From Phoronis australis (lineage: Eukaryota > Animalia > Phoronida): 64,000 nt of DNA. The stretch lies in NCBI GenBank assembly GCA_002633005.1, contig NMRA01000246.1, positions 172,025-236,024 of the forward strand, in the 5' to 3' direction. How positions within the stretch are numbered: the stretch's first letter is position 1; the number at the start of each line of letters is the position of its first letter. Of this stretch, positions 36,059 through 49,924 are shown in pieces. Under the pieces are notes generated by a model that was given only the letters and a program-made list of their open reading frames with translations, did no database searches and was not told the origin of the DNA. Both the position numbers and the translations under genes were made by a program.

Positions 36059-39000
36059 TAAACACTTCAGGTTAAACATGCAACGTAACACGTTGTTGGA
36101 TTTTAATTTGTTGTCCCACCCTGATTGCAAACGCAACCCAGTCTCACTCAATAATGTTTGACACTCGCAACGTGGTGTGAACCGGTCCGATAGGATTAAA
36201 CTACTCGGGGATTAAACTGAACTGAGTTGAGCTGTCTCAAACATGCAATATGAATTCAAAGTTTAAATTTACTATTTCCATGTTGCATGAATCTCTCCTA
36301 CTTTATTACAAAAATTGTCAATTTTCAGCTCATTATTTGTCGTGTCAAGTATCGGGGGACTTGTCACCGACAGGTTTTCGACTACTAAAAGCCGCGCACG
36401 ACGCCGGGAAGAAAAAGTTTTTTTTTTGATACAAACATCAAGATAATTGAGACGAGAATAATGGACAAGAAAAAAAAAACGATAGTAAAACGCTGGAAAA
36501 CAAAGACTTGACACTTGAGACCCGTTTACATGATGGTGTGTACACTCGAGGGTATATTTACACCCGAGGGCATATTTACGTACGGTGTGTATTTTTGCAA
36601 ATACAGCCGGGTGTAAAGCTACACTCTGGTGTATAACTACACCACCTTAAGAGGTCATGTAAATGCAAATTTTCACACGAGCAAGTACACCTGGCATGTG
36701 AACGCTATTTTTGTTGTCTTTCAATTGTCGCTCTGAATTTAGCAAAAAACAATTAGCCGAACTTGGGTATAGAACATTCAAATGCTTACTCTGAAGCAAA
36801 AGTTGACTTTGTCGCCATTGTGCATGCAGACCACAAGGGCTGTCTCATATTTGACAAGGTTTTTGAGACTGAACAAGAAACAGAAGGAACATGTCATGGT
36901 ATTTCTTGCTACGAAAATAACTTTTTTATCACGCGTTCCGATCAAATTAGATGTTTTAACAAAGGCACGTTGGTGCTTTACTCGATACGCTAGGAATCAC
37001 GTTGAGTTATGTATTTATGCCGTCAGATGCCTCACCGTATGATTGGTTTGTTTCACTTTGAAGTCGGAGGATTTCTCAAGGCCGTCATAACATTACTGAG
37101 TGCTCCGGGCAAAGGGCCTGTCCGAGGTTCTTCCAGCACAACTATAGTCGGTAAAAACGGAAAAACACACACACGCATCTTTCGTTATTCTAACCACAAA
37201 CTCAGTCTACAGCAATACTTAATCAAGCCCCTTCCGAGAGATCGGCCGACCGTGAGCAATAAATTAAGATTGAATACCCGTCAAATTCATCATAGGTCAA
37301 AACAATATCTGAACTGGGCACCATTTCACGGAATTTGCTGAGTCATGTCAAACTATACAACATTTTTGCTCGCTAAAAGCTGACATCATTTATACAACGT
37401 TTTCCTATTACAGTTGAAATCACCAAAAACGGCAAGACAGCAGTTGCTAAACAAACATAGGCCGATCCCGAGAACAATATCAGGTTACACAATTTGTGCA
37501 CCGGAAAGATTTGTTCATGTCTGTTTTTTAAATATAATATTGATATAGTTCACTAACGTTGCTGAGCACACGACATTTTCCGGGTAACGACACATCATCA
37601 GTTGAGCTCTGGCACCACATTTAAAAACGCGGTGGCCTGCTGGAATGTACGTCTTTTCAACGCATATGGGTTACAGGTATAACCAAAATAGAAATCATAG
37701 AAATATTGATCTATGTGAATGGAGAAAATTAACAATGTGATTCAGTGAACAAAATGTGAACTTATAAGCTCACCAGCGGTCAATATTTCAAAGTCAATAA
37801 TTCTCTATATTGACCGCCCATAGCGTATTGACCGCTGCTATGGCAAAGACACAATAAAATCTTTGGCTATTGTAACGCCATTTTAATTCCTTGTTAAAAC
37901 ATTTGTGAAGTAATGCTAGTTTTCCGATACGCCACTAGTACATCGTCGAACGGAAGGTGACTTCAGAACTACCTCCCCACGTTTTGCGTAAAAACTGGTA
38001 TTAAATGACGGAAAGAGTGATCGAGATACGATTGAAGGCCCAAACATACCCTCCTTCCATAAATTATTTAGAGGATGTAATAATATAAAACTATTGTCAA
38101 CTTTCACACTTGATAAATATTACGGTTTTTAGATAACAAAATACGATAATACAGCCTTTAATTCTTCTTGGGGGTCTGAAAAAAAAAAACATATCGTCCT
38201 CGGTAAAAGTCAATAATTGTATAATATATGACACTAGACCTATTGTGCTGTCGGGACCGTTTGGTGTATCTTGTTGAAACAAACAGTAAAATGTGAAGCA
38301 ACGGTTATTGCAGAATGTGCAAGCAGTAAAAAATAACACATCTACTCTCAGTTTTAAGTATAATTACAAATAAAAGTGTTTAAAACTAATTGGGAACACG
38401 TGTAACTTTGAATTTTGCTAAGTTTTTATCACCCACTGATAGTTACGACACCCGAGTTCTTTAAACACAGAATACATGTTGACATTTTGTTACACTTGGA
38501 TTCTAGTAAAGTCTATGTAGTACTATATTCAATCTTATAACATTTTCGTTTTCATTTTGAGAGCATGATTGTGATCAGCCTGTAATGCATGATAACTCGC
38601 CTTTCAAATAGATAACCACAATTGGATAGCCGGTAAATGTTTTAATGTGAATTGCATATTTGAAAAATAAGTAAGTCAATTTTACTAGGTTTATATTATA
38701 CAGTTCTTACCGACATCCTTGCTTTCCGCATTCAGGTGAACGAACAGGCTTGCGGGATATATGAAACTTTTGCATTATGTGCGCCAACAAAAGAAGCCAA
38801 CTTTGTTTAGCGCAAAAACATTTCGCATGGAGACCAACCAATCACATCTTTTGATGAAAAAAGCAGTGCGGGAATTTAATGGATAATAAATCGCGTGACC
38901 TGCAGGACTATAAAACACATGATTGATTATGCATTCGATCCAACATCGGACTATAAAACATTTTTTGTCCGGAATTGAAAAGTTTATCATTTTGCAATGA

Positions 39001-42000
39001 TGGGGTTTAAAACCTGTTCTGCACTTAACAATGAATCGACAGGTTTTAAAGTGACTGTAACCTGAATCGTAATTTTATTCTAGGAATTGCGACACCAGTT
39101 CACCTATCAAGAACACTGTCCTTTTTCTTTGTTGTGCCTCCTGAGAGCATAATTACAATACAAATTGGAAGGGTAAGCAATAAGACCAGGAGTGAGGTCA
39201 CGAAACCAGTCTTTACCGTAAAGGTTTTTGTGCACCAAATTACCTGGAGTAAAACGGCATGGCCTCATAGATCGAACATGGCACATGCCTATTGCCTTAT
39301 ATTCGAGTATAAGACCATGCTTTCACTTCGGATACAAGGCCAGTAATGATCAGTTTTGTTGTTGTTACCAGTCATGACCAAAATGTTAAGTAACGTGTAT
39401 GATTATAAAGCATTGCGTACCAAAAAGCGTTCCTGACCATAAAATGTTGAACAAATAATAAAACAAACAACAAGACAACACATGCAAAATGGTGAACAGA
39501 CAGGTATTCTCTTACTTCCCAGGTACGGGGTTCAGGGGTTGCGGTTCTGCATAGTCAAGAGCGGAACAATTAGAGGGCACAAACTGTCAGAAACACAAGT
39601 ATTGGATTGAATTCTTTTAAAAAATAATTCTTATTTTTCAAATTTCATTTCATAGGTAAAGATAAATGCTACATATAACATTCACTGCTCTGAAATCGAT
39701 TTTATAAAAAGTACCTAAGCAACAGGTAAAAATTGCACAAATACATGGGCGGCGCACCATAGGGGGCGGGGGGGGNNNNNNNNNNNNNNNNNNNNNNNNN
39801 NNNNNNNNNNNNNNNNNNNNNNNNNNNNNNNNNNNNNNNNNNNNNNNNNNNNNNNNNNNNNNNNNNNNNNNNNNNNNNNNNNNNNNNNNNNNNNNNNNNN
39901 NNNNNNNNNGGGGCCATGGCCCCCTTGCCCCCCCCCCCTTGAATCCGCCACTGTAAACACTTCAGGTTAAACATGCAACACGTTGTTGGATTTTAATTTG
40001 TTGTCCCACCCTGATTGCAAACGCAACCCAGTCTCACTCAATAATGTTTGACACTCGCAACGTGGTGTGAGCCGGTCCGATAGGATTAAACTACTCGGGG
40101 ATTAAACTGAACTGAGTTGAGCTGTCTCAAACATGCAACATGAATTCAAGGTTTAAATTTACTATTTCCATGTTGCATGAATCTCTCCTACTTTATTACA
40201 AACATTGTCAATTTTCAGATCATTATTTGTCGTGTCAAGTATCGGGGGACTTGTTACCGACAGGTTTTCGACTACTAAAAGCCGCGCACGACGCCGGGAA
40301 CAAATTTTTTTTTTGATAAATTTTTAAAGCAAAATACGTCACTTCATACCTAGACCCTAGTCAGCTCGCTAAATGTCACTCGTGTAAAAAGTTATTGAGA
40401 GATAGGGACTCATTTGATTGAGGAGATTAATACCACACACATTTTGTCGTTGCCAAGTTCAAGCTCTCGTTCGCATGCGACTTGACGACATTTGATTCTG
40501 TCTGTGCTTCACTCACACACTGGCATTATTTTTAGAAGCGCGTCCACGTCATTGGTGCTTAAACATACATTGGCGCACTGTGCACGTGACAGAGCATTTG
40601 TAATTGGGTATTATTCCTGGATGGGATAGACTTCGTAAGTTAGCTTCAACTGGAGTTATAAACCAATAAAATCCGTTGTGTTTTTATTACAAATTGCTAA
40701 AATCAAGATCGTTGACTGTACCGGTTAGCCACTATTGCTAATAAACATTTATGGAGTAGGGTTTGGCTCAGGCAGCAAAGTGTTGAACTGTGCCATTGAG
40801 GATGTGAAACAGTTTGATTTCGCGTTGAGGCTGAACAATAAAAACCAATATTCTCGCCGATGATGTCACTTTAGCTCATCCACATGTCTAAAAATAATGT
40901 ACACATTCAGGTTTCTGTCTGGGTCTGAGATCCGCATCAAGATAATTGAGACGAGAATAATGGACAAGAAAAAAAAAACGATAGTAAAACGCAGGAAAAC
41001 GAAGACTTGACACTTGAGACCCGTTTACATGATGGTGTGTACACTCGAGGGTATATTTACACCAGAGGGCATATTTACGTACGGTGTGTATTTTTGCAAA
41101 TACACCCTGGTGTAAAGCTACACTCTGGTGTATAACTACACCATCTTCAGAGGTCATGTAAATGCAAATTTTCACACGAGCAAGTACACCTGGCATGTGA
41201 ACGCTATTTTTTGTTGTCTTTCAATTGTCACTCTGAATTTAGCAAAAAAAAAATTAGCAGAACTTGGGTATAGAACATCCAAATGCTTACCCTGAAGCAA
41301 AAGTTGACTTTGTCGCCATTGTGCATGCAGACCACAAGGGCTGTCTCATATTTGACAAGGTTTTTGAGACTGAACAAGAAACAGAAGGAACATGTCATGG
41401 TATTTCCTGCTATGAAAATAACTTTTTTATCACGCGTTCCGATCAAATTAGATGTTTTAACAAAGGCACGTTGGTGCTTTACTCGATCACGCTAGGAATC
41501 ACGTTGAGTTGAGCAATTACGTGTATTTATGCCGTCAGATGCCTCACCGTATGATTGGTTTGTTTCACTTTGAAGTCGGAGGATTTCTCAAGGCCGTCAT
41601 AACATTACTGTGTGCTCCGGGCAAAGGGCCTGTCCGAGGTTCTTCCAGCACAACTATAGTCGGTAAAAACGGAAAAACACACACGCATCTTTCGTTATTC
41701 TAACCACAAACTCAGTCTACAGCAATACTTAATCAAGCCCCTTCCGAGAGATCGGCCGACCGTGAGCAATAAATTATGATTGAATACCCGTCAAATTCAT
41801 CATAGGTCAAAACAATATCTGAACTGGGCACCATTTCACGGAATTTGCCGAGTCATGTCAAATTAGACAATATTTTTGCTCGCTAAAAGCGGACATCATT
41901 TATACGTTTTCCTATTACAGTTGAAATCACCAAAACATATTTGTGGTTGATTAAACAAACATGGGCCCATCCCTAGAACAATATCAGGTTACACAATTTG

Positions 42001-44278
42001 TGCACCGGAAAGATTTGTTCATGTCTGTTTTTTAAATATAATATTGATAGTTCACTAACGTTGCTGAGCACACGACATTTTCCAGGTAACGACACATCAT
42101 CAGTTGAGCTCTGGCACCACATTTAAAAACGCGGTGGCCTGCTGGAATGTACGTCTTTTCAACGCAAAAGGGTTACAGGTATAACCAAAACATAAATCAT
42201 AGAAATATTGATCTATGTGAATGGAGAAAATTAACAATGTGATTCAGTGAACAAAATGTGAACTTATATGCTCACCAGCGGTCAATATTTCAAAGTCAAT
42301 AATTCTCTATATTGACCGCTCATAGCGTATTGACCGCTGCTATGGCAAAGACACAATAAAATCTTTGGCTATTGTAACACCATTTTAATTCCTTGTTAAA
42401 ACATTTGTGAAGTAATGCCAGTTTTCCGATACGCCACCAGTACATCGTCGAACGGAAGGTGACTTCAGAACTACCTCCCCACGTTTTGCGTAAAAACTGG
42501 TATTAAATGACGGAACGAGTGATCGAGATACGATTGAAGGCCCAAACATACCCTCCTTCCATAAATTATTTAGAGGATGTAACCATATAATAAAACTATT
42601 GTCAACTTTCACACTTGATAAATATTACGGTTTTTAGATAACAAAATACGATAATGCAACCTTTAATTCTTCTTGGGGGTCTGAAAAGAAACATATCGTC
42701 CTCGGTAAAAGTCAATAATTGTATAATATATGACACTAGACCTATTGTGCTGTCGGGACCGTTTGGTGTATCTTGTTGAAACGAACAGTAAAATGTGAAG
42801 CAACAGTTATTGTAGAATGTGCAAGCAGTAATAAAATAACACATCTACTCTCAGTTTTAAGTATAATTACAAATAAAAGTGTTTAAAACTAATTGGGAAC
42901 ACGTGTAACTTTGAATTTTGCTAAGTTTATATCACCCACAGATAGTTACGACACCTGAGTTCTTTAAACACAGAATACATGTTGACATTTTGTTACACTT
43001 GGATTCTAGTAAAGTCTATGCAGTACTATATTCAATCTTATAACATTTTCGTTTTCATTTTGAGAGCATGATTGTGATCAGCCTGTAATGCATGATAACT
43101 CGCCTTTCAAATAGATAACCACAATTGGATAGCCGGTAAATGTTTTAATGTGAATTGCATATTTGAAAAATTAGTAAGTCAATTTTACTAGGTTTATATT
43201 ATACAGTTCTTACCGACATCCTTGCTTTCCGCATTCAGGTGAACGAACAGGCTTGCGGGATATATGAAACTTTTGCATTATGTGCGCCAACAAAAGAAGC
43301 CAACTTTGTTTAGCGCAAAAACATTTCGCATGGAGACCAACCAATCACATCTTTTGATGAAAAAAGCAGTGCGGGAATTTAATGGATAATAAATCGCGTG
43401 ACCTGCAGGACTATAAAACACATGATTGATTATGCATTCGATCCAACATCGGACTATAAAACATTTTTTGTCCGGAATTGAAAAGTTTATCATTTTGCAA
43501 TGATGGGGTTTAAAACCTGTTCTGCACTTAACAATGAATCGACAGGTTTTAAAGTGACTGTAACCTGAATCGTAATTTTATTCTAGGAATTGCGACACCA
43601 GTTCACCTATCAAGAACACTGTCCTTTTTCTTTGTTGTGCCTCCTGAGAGCATAATTACAATACAAATTGGAAGGGTAAGCAATAAGACCAGGAGTGAGG
43701 TCACGAAACCAGTCTTTACCGTAAAGGTTTTTGTGCACCAAATTACCTGGAATAAAATGGCATGGCCTCATAGATCGAACATGGCACATGCCTATTGCCT
43801 TATATTCGAGTATAAGACCATGCTTTCACTTCGGATATAAGGCCAGTAATGATCAGTTTTGTTGTTGTTACCAGTCATGACCAAAATGTTAAGTAACGTG
43901 TATGATTATAAAGCATTGCGTACCAAAAAGCGTTCCTGACCATAAAATGTTGAACAAATAATAAAACAAACAACAAGACAACACATGCAAAATGGTGAAC
44001 AGACAGGTATTCTCTTACTTCCCAGGTACGGGGTTCAGGGGTTGCGGTTCTGCATAGTCAAGAGCGGAACAATTAGAGGGCACAAACTGTCAGCAACACA
44101 AGTATTGGATTGAATTCTTTTAAAAAATAATTTTTATTTTTCAAATTTCATTTCATAGGTAAAGATAAATGCTACACATAACATTCACTGCTCTGAAATC
44201 GATTTTATAGACAGTACCTAAGCAACAGGTAAAAATTGCACAAATACATGGGCGGCGCACCATAGGGGGCTGGGGGGG
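36021..44278. repeat. Tandem near-identical duplication: 36021-39775 vs 39910-44278, separated by N gap 39776-39909
   Basis: Collinear copies; duplicated ORF-track peptides such as MINFSIPDKK... appear twice. The second copy has an extra ~620 bp (40318-40935). Confidence 0.95.
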
Positions 44279-44439
44279 CCTACAGCCCGCACTTTTTTCA
44301 GTGCTACGCTCTGAAATCGATTTTATAGACAGTACCTAAGCAACAGGTAAAAATTGCACAAATACATAGGTGGTGCCCCACAGGGGGCTGAGGGGGGTTT
44401 AGCCCGCCCCCCACTTTTTTCAGTGCTGCGCCGCCCATG
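44247..44439. mobile_element. MITE with CATGGGCGGCGCA TIRs and AAATA flanking direct repeat
   Basis: aaata|catgggcggcgca ... tgcgccgcccatg|aaata. The interior holds a ~120 bp re-duplication of left flank plus left end. Confidence 0.6.
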
Positions 44440-47400
44440 AAATAAATAATTATAGAAACAATTGAAATGAATAATAACTTATGTAAACACACACTCGCAC
44501 TCGCACGTGCACACTTTATACGAGTTTTTTTTCCGAAAGTTACGTGAGCACAGCTGTTAGTAAGGCCTAAACTTCTTTCCTTTGTTTCTCTGAAGTTCCC
44601 TGACAGAGTATGAAATATGGCATGTTCCTGTTTTTGGATGGATTGTATGTTTTTGCGCCAGCTAATGGTCATTTTTATGATACAGATAAATAACCCAAAA
44701 AGCACACCATTTGCAATGCATTCGTGGGCGCATTTCAACGCTTCGGGTTGCTCATGTTGAGAAAGTGGACGTTTTACTAAGAATCACGGGTACGATAAGA
44801 GCTATGAATTGTGCATTCGCCGAATTTTTGTAGTTCCTGCCTTTTAAGTGGACTTTTATCTCATTTCGTACTTTTTCGGAGATTCTGCTTCACTGAGGCG
44901 GACCTTTTTGCCCAATTTGCCAAATGGGGGAAGGGGGGATTTAGTTCGAGTCCCCTTCCCCCTGAGTGCGCGCATGCGATGTGCTCAATCTCACATCTGA
45001 TTGAATTCCTAGAAAGAATATATTCCTACTAAGGATGGGGACAATCCCGCCTCTATCTCATTGCACTTGACTGATCGAGGCGCGCATTCAGTGATTACAG
45101 GTTCGCGAGTACAAATAAAGAATTGAAAAATAAAAGTGTTTATAAAATATTGAACAAATATTCGACAAAGCCTTTCATCAGGAAGGGTTCCGAAAATTTC
45201 ATACTATATGGGAGAAGTACAGGAGACTTTCATCTTTTTGACTGTATCTGACAGGCTGTAGGCTTTGTCCTCGGAGGCGCCATCCCACGCTTTTGGCTTT
45301 TAAAAACTTATACTTTCGGACACACAAAGATGTTGAGAAAATTACATCTGCACTGAACACTCCCGGGCCCGCAGCCAGGGGAAAAGGTCCAGCCCTAGCC
45401 TATCCGATAGGATAAGACAGGATTTACTAAATGGACAAAAATTTGAACTCAAATCATAAAATATATACAAAAATGCAAATGGTGATAGTCAAACTAAAGA
45501 TTTGGAATCTCTGGACGATTTCGGTTGCACTAACTACATAACTATTCTAGCTTTTTGTCAATCATAAAAATATAGAGTGGGCACAAGTTAAATACAACTG
45601 TTTCCTAGTCAAAAATCTGGTAAACCGGAGATTGAAAGAATAATCCACTGTGATATTTTGTTAACTTTAATCAGCGTTTGTAAATCCCCCGATTGCATCG
45701 ATGCGCTTGGTAGTTTATCTTTAATCGTACCCAATGTTTGTAGTTTTTAGCTTTTAAGTTCATCGATTTTTGAAAATCCAAAACCCGCTTACTTGGTACG
45801 GATTTTTCCAGATGAGTACCGCCGTGGTATTCTTTTTAACAAAAATTATTAATTAATGCATTTTGAAAATTCGCATTTACGTACAAGCAGTGATGCTTAT
45901 GACAGTTTATGGTCGGGTCTTGCTTGCGCAGGACAATGCGGTCAACACAACCATATCCGACACGGACGCCGCACTCTCTTTGATCCTGGTGAAAGCCGCT
46001 CAGAAGCCTGGGAAGGGCGGTGATTGTAATCGTATTCACCGACGGCCGTATGGCGAAAACCACGGTTAGTCTATATTTATGGATCACGTACATTACGTCC
46101 GAATTTGATTCCTGTTGTTTGCGAGCAACCGTCACATCCTCATTTCTGGCCAAATTCCGGCTTATCTCAGGAACATATTGCTGACGGAGAGCCATCCGAT
46201 GGTCACATGCCGTGGCTACAGTTCCCTTCCCCATAATTAACCTGCGTCAAGCGCCTAAGCACGTAAGAACTCGAGCGTTGACGCTTGCAAAAGCCGAGTC
46301 CACCTTTCTAGAAATTCGAACCCCCCCCCGCCCAATGCTGGCTACGGGCCGGACTCCTCAAAGTAAAATCAATAATTTCGTCCCCGCAGTTATTGACATG
46401 GCTGCCGTACTTCCTCGCCCAAACCCTTACTTTGCACAATATTGAATAATGTCCCATGAGCGAACTACGATGGCTACATCTGCTGATGTATTTTTCAGCA
46501 AAATAATTCGAAACGGACCAGAATTGGTGTCGTAATCATACCGCCATCTCGAACTATAAAGAGTCTGAGTGTCAGTCGGGTGCGAGCGTCGGCCGGGGCT
46601 CAATAGCCGCGGGTCTTGGACGTAAAAATGAATTTCCACCAGTTATAGACCAACGACTCCTAGTGTACCATATAATTTCAGTAAACTCCTATTCCAGCTC
46701 TGGACCTGAGTCGCTTGCAGCACACTCATGTGAGCTAAACCCCAGTAGCCCTCACAAAGTTGTCTCAAAGTTTTCCTTGACTTCAATCTTCAAACTGCTT
46801 CAATGCCGGGGAGACTTTATTTTTCTTTTCACTCATAGGGGTCGCACTCAGCTTCCGCAACGCGTGGGTGAAAAGCAGTAGCCACTGGAGGTCGTGTGCC
46901 CTGTTTATGGACCCCGAGTCGAATTTTCGATTAACTTAGCTAAAAATTCTTCTGTGGAACGGTCCTTCTTACATAGATACTCACGAGGAGGGTATAAGAT
47001 TTGCGTAGAAAGCATTGGTACCCAAGACATTAACGTTGTTTACCGAGAAAGGTGAGACACATGGGAATCGTGGAATTAAAATAATAGGCCAGAGGGCCAG
47101 AGGCAGAGAGCAGGGACATGTAAAACTTGTCATTTACCGATACTCATAGTCATAGGGATGTAGGCCTACTTTGTGACTGGTTGTTTGTGAGTTTTGAATT
47201 GGTCCCACTGATATCAGCAAACCCGCTTTTAAAGAAGCAGCTGCCTATTACAAACTTGTGCATGTCACTTATAGTTATCGCACTTTACTTTTGCAGCCAA
47301 GGACTAAGATTTCTGAGGCTCGACATCATACATGTTTGATTACTGTAAATGTTTTTCAGTCCTCAGGACTCAGAAAATATGAAATTTTTGGGTTAATAAT

Positions 47401-47865
47401 TAATGAACAGCTAAAAACTAGTTGATGAAACGTGAGTGGACGTCTCAATTTTTGAAACTTATTCAAACTTGTCTACTGTCATTGGAGAGGGTCCTAGTTC
47501 AGATCCGTCTCGTCTCCTCTAGATACACCATTCTTCAGAAAAATTGGATTTTTACTATGCTAAAATATGGGTCCAATTGGGTCTGACTTAGTGCATGAGT
47601 TCATGTGTAATGTATCTTTCTACTCTAATAGATCTGATGTTTCATTGATGACTGGTTACCACCATAGAGGAAGAAGGCGAGTCAAAGAGTAAAAGAAATC
47701 ACCTGAACCATAGAAGCACTACAATATTGAAACTGAATTGCAAGTCACTTTCCTAAGTGTGGCCTCTGAAAAGCAACCAGAATCTCGCACGATAGTTAAA
47801 CGTCTCGATTCTCCACAATCATTGGTCGAAAAGATCTGTGTTTAAGCAAGAACAGTCAATTGGAA

Positions 47866-49924
47866 ATGGACAGCGAGAGTCTAGTACAAAGTAAAAAGGG
47901 AAAGAAAAAGAAGAGAAAATTAGATGATGGGAATAAAGCTGAACAGGAACTATGTTTGAACAGTGGTGACCAGCCACCGACAACAAACTTTGCTGATGAT
48001 AAGTCTTCCGCAACATCTAAGAAGGGCACAAAAAAGAAGAAAAAACAAATTTATGCTAGTGATAAATCAGGTGAAATAAATATTGAAACTGAGGAACAAT
48101 GTGAAGCAGCAACCCAACACTGTGACAATGATGTCAGGAGTGTTGAAAAAGATGCTTCTGATGGTAGAAATGAGTTATCTAATACTAAGAACAAAAAGAT
48201 AAAGATGAAAAAGCAAAAGAAACAACAGCAGAGTGCGACAGATGTGCAAACAACGGATGAAAATTCGGAAGATGGTAAGACCGAGATGGCGGCCATTGCA
48301 TATCTTAAGAAGTGGAAGGAGGACCGTGGTGCATGGAACTTCCAAAAAGTCCGCCAGACATGGCTCTTGAAGAATGTCTACAACTGTGAAAAGGTTGATA
48401 TTGCATGGTGCAATTTCTTTCAAAATAGAAACATGTAAAAGCATGGAACCATTAAAAATGTTCTGCATTAAATTCCCAGACAGCGCCATCTGGAAAAACG
48501 TCCATTTAGGTTCATGTTTCGGAGTGAATTCTTTGTTTTGTTATTTTTAATTACAATGCTACAGCAGAACTATTGACTACGTAAATAGTTTAGTCTGTTG
48601 AAATTGACCATTTTATCTCATCTTAAGTGGATGATGAACTAGTAAGCTTGCAAACTTGGTGCATTTCATAGTCTTAAATTACGGGTTTGATCATCAAATC
48701 TGTTTATTTGTTTATATGCTTCTTACAAGAGTAATCTCAGTGCTTAGCACTACTTTCCATAAGGTCCTCAACACATTCACACCACATTCAGTCCCTTCCA
48801 TGCACTCTAATTAAGACTGATCACACAGGGACAAGAGCCAGTTAGTCATATGATTGTATTCCAAGGCAACACTAACACTTGGGCGTGCAGTCCAAAAGTC
48901 TGCAATATAGTATCTTTATCAAAGTTCATTGTTGTTTTATATTAGACAAGATAAATTTGTTGCATTCATGTTTTCAATTATTTTTGAATTATTTAGTTTT
49001 AACTTGTTGCTTTTTCTTCCAGATATGCAATGAAGATTTCCTTGTACTAATGGAGTACCTTGAGGGACTCAAAGGTCATTCCAGGTCACTCACAGTGAAA
49101 CAAGCACAGACACTTATGGATAAAGCAGACTCTGAGGTGGCAGGTAAATTAAACGAGCTGAAAGTCACGTTTTTAAAATAGTTTTGAACAGTACAAACAA
49201 AAGTGAAAGTGACTTTCCTGGGCTGCTGTTGATAGATATTCTTAATATGTTAATTTCTGGTACAAGTTTTTGCTCTGTAATTGAGTAACTGAAAGGCATG
49301 TCTCTTCAAAGTCCTCAACTACAGTCTATTGTTAGAGGTGGGACAATGAAATCAACTGTCAGGAATAAAGTGAAATGTTGGTGTGATTTATGAGAAGGGT
49401 ATATTATAAGCGCACATCTTTTATGGTACGTGCCAAAAACAATCGGACAAAATAACCCAAAATTTCCTATCGACTGTGCGCAAGTGGAATTCCAATTATG
49501 ATGGCTGAGTGCTAGCGGAATACTTTGTGAGAGTAACTTAAGTGTCCCAGCACGACAGGGAAACATTATCTTGATTACATTTGGCTTGTGCTGTATGATT
49601 TAAATATTCTCATTTGTTTCAGATTTACAAACCTGGCCATGGGATCATTAATTATTTACAAGTATTCAAAATTTATGATTTCCTTAGTTCTTATAGAAAA
49701 CCTACGGGATGGACTTTTGAGTTTGAGGCATGTGTTGGTTCTTGAAAGTAGGTCTACTGAACAACAATGGTGACTCCTTGCCTAACACTTTTTCTACAAT
49801 CATTATGCACTTGAATTTAAAAAAGTGTTATACTGTGTAGTGGTGTTCTTTTGTAGGATCAGCCGAAGTCTTTGAGGAACAAGTGTCAAGAGCAAGGCAA
49901 ATTTTACAGTTTCTGAGCGACTGA
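47866..49924 (+). CDS. C7orf50: C7orf50/cholesin-like WKF-domain (DUF2373) protein, ~238 aa
   Basis: Exons 47866-48393 (Lys-rich N-term, AIAYLKKWKEDRGAWNFQKVRQTWLLKNVY), 49023-49143 (FLVLMEYLEGLKGHSRSLTVKQAQ) and 49857-49924 (RARQILQFLSD*). Splice phases are consistent. Probable 5'UTR exon ends at 47051 (gtgaga), acceptor at 47631. Confidence 0.9.

Noticed and set aside
39702-39974. ORFs full of X
   Set aside because: They span the 134-N gap.
36763-43840. Pairs of 'conserved' short ORFs (MGIEH..., MKVDNS..., MINFSIP..., MPPES...)
   Set aside because: Similarity comes from the near-identical duplication; several have frameshifts between copies and no recognisable domains.
45160-45182. Penelope-type hammerhead-like CCTGATGAAAGGCTTTGTCGAAT (minus)
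   Set aside because: GAAT instead of GAAA and no convincing stems I/III; at most a dead remnant.
46540-46930. Possible RNase P/MRP, U3 or telomerase RNA
   Set aside because: No complete conserved boxes or telomere template could be identified by eye; needs cmscan.
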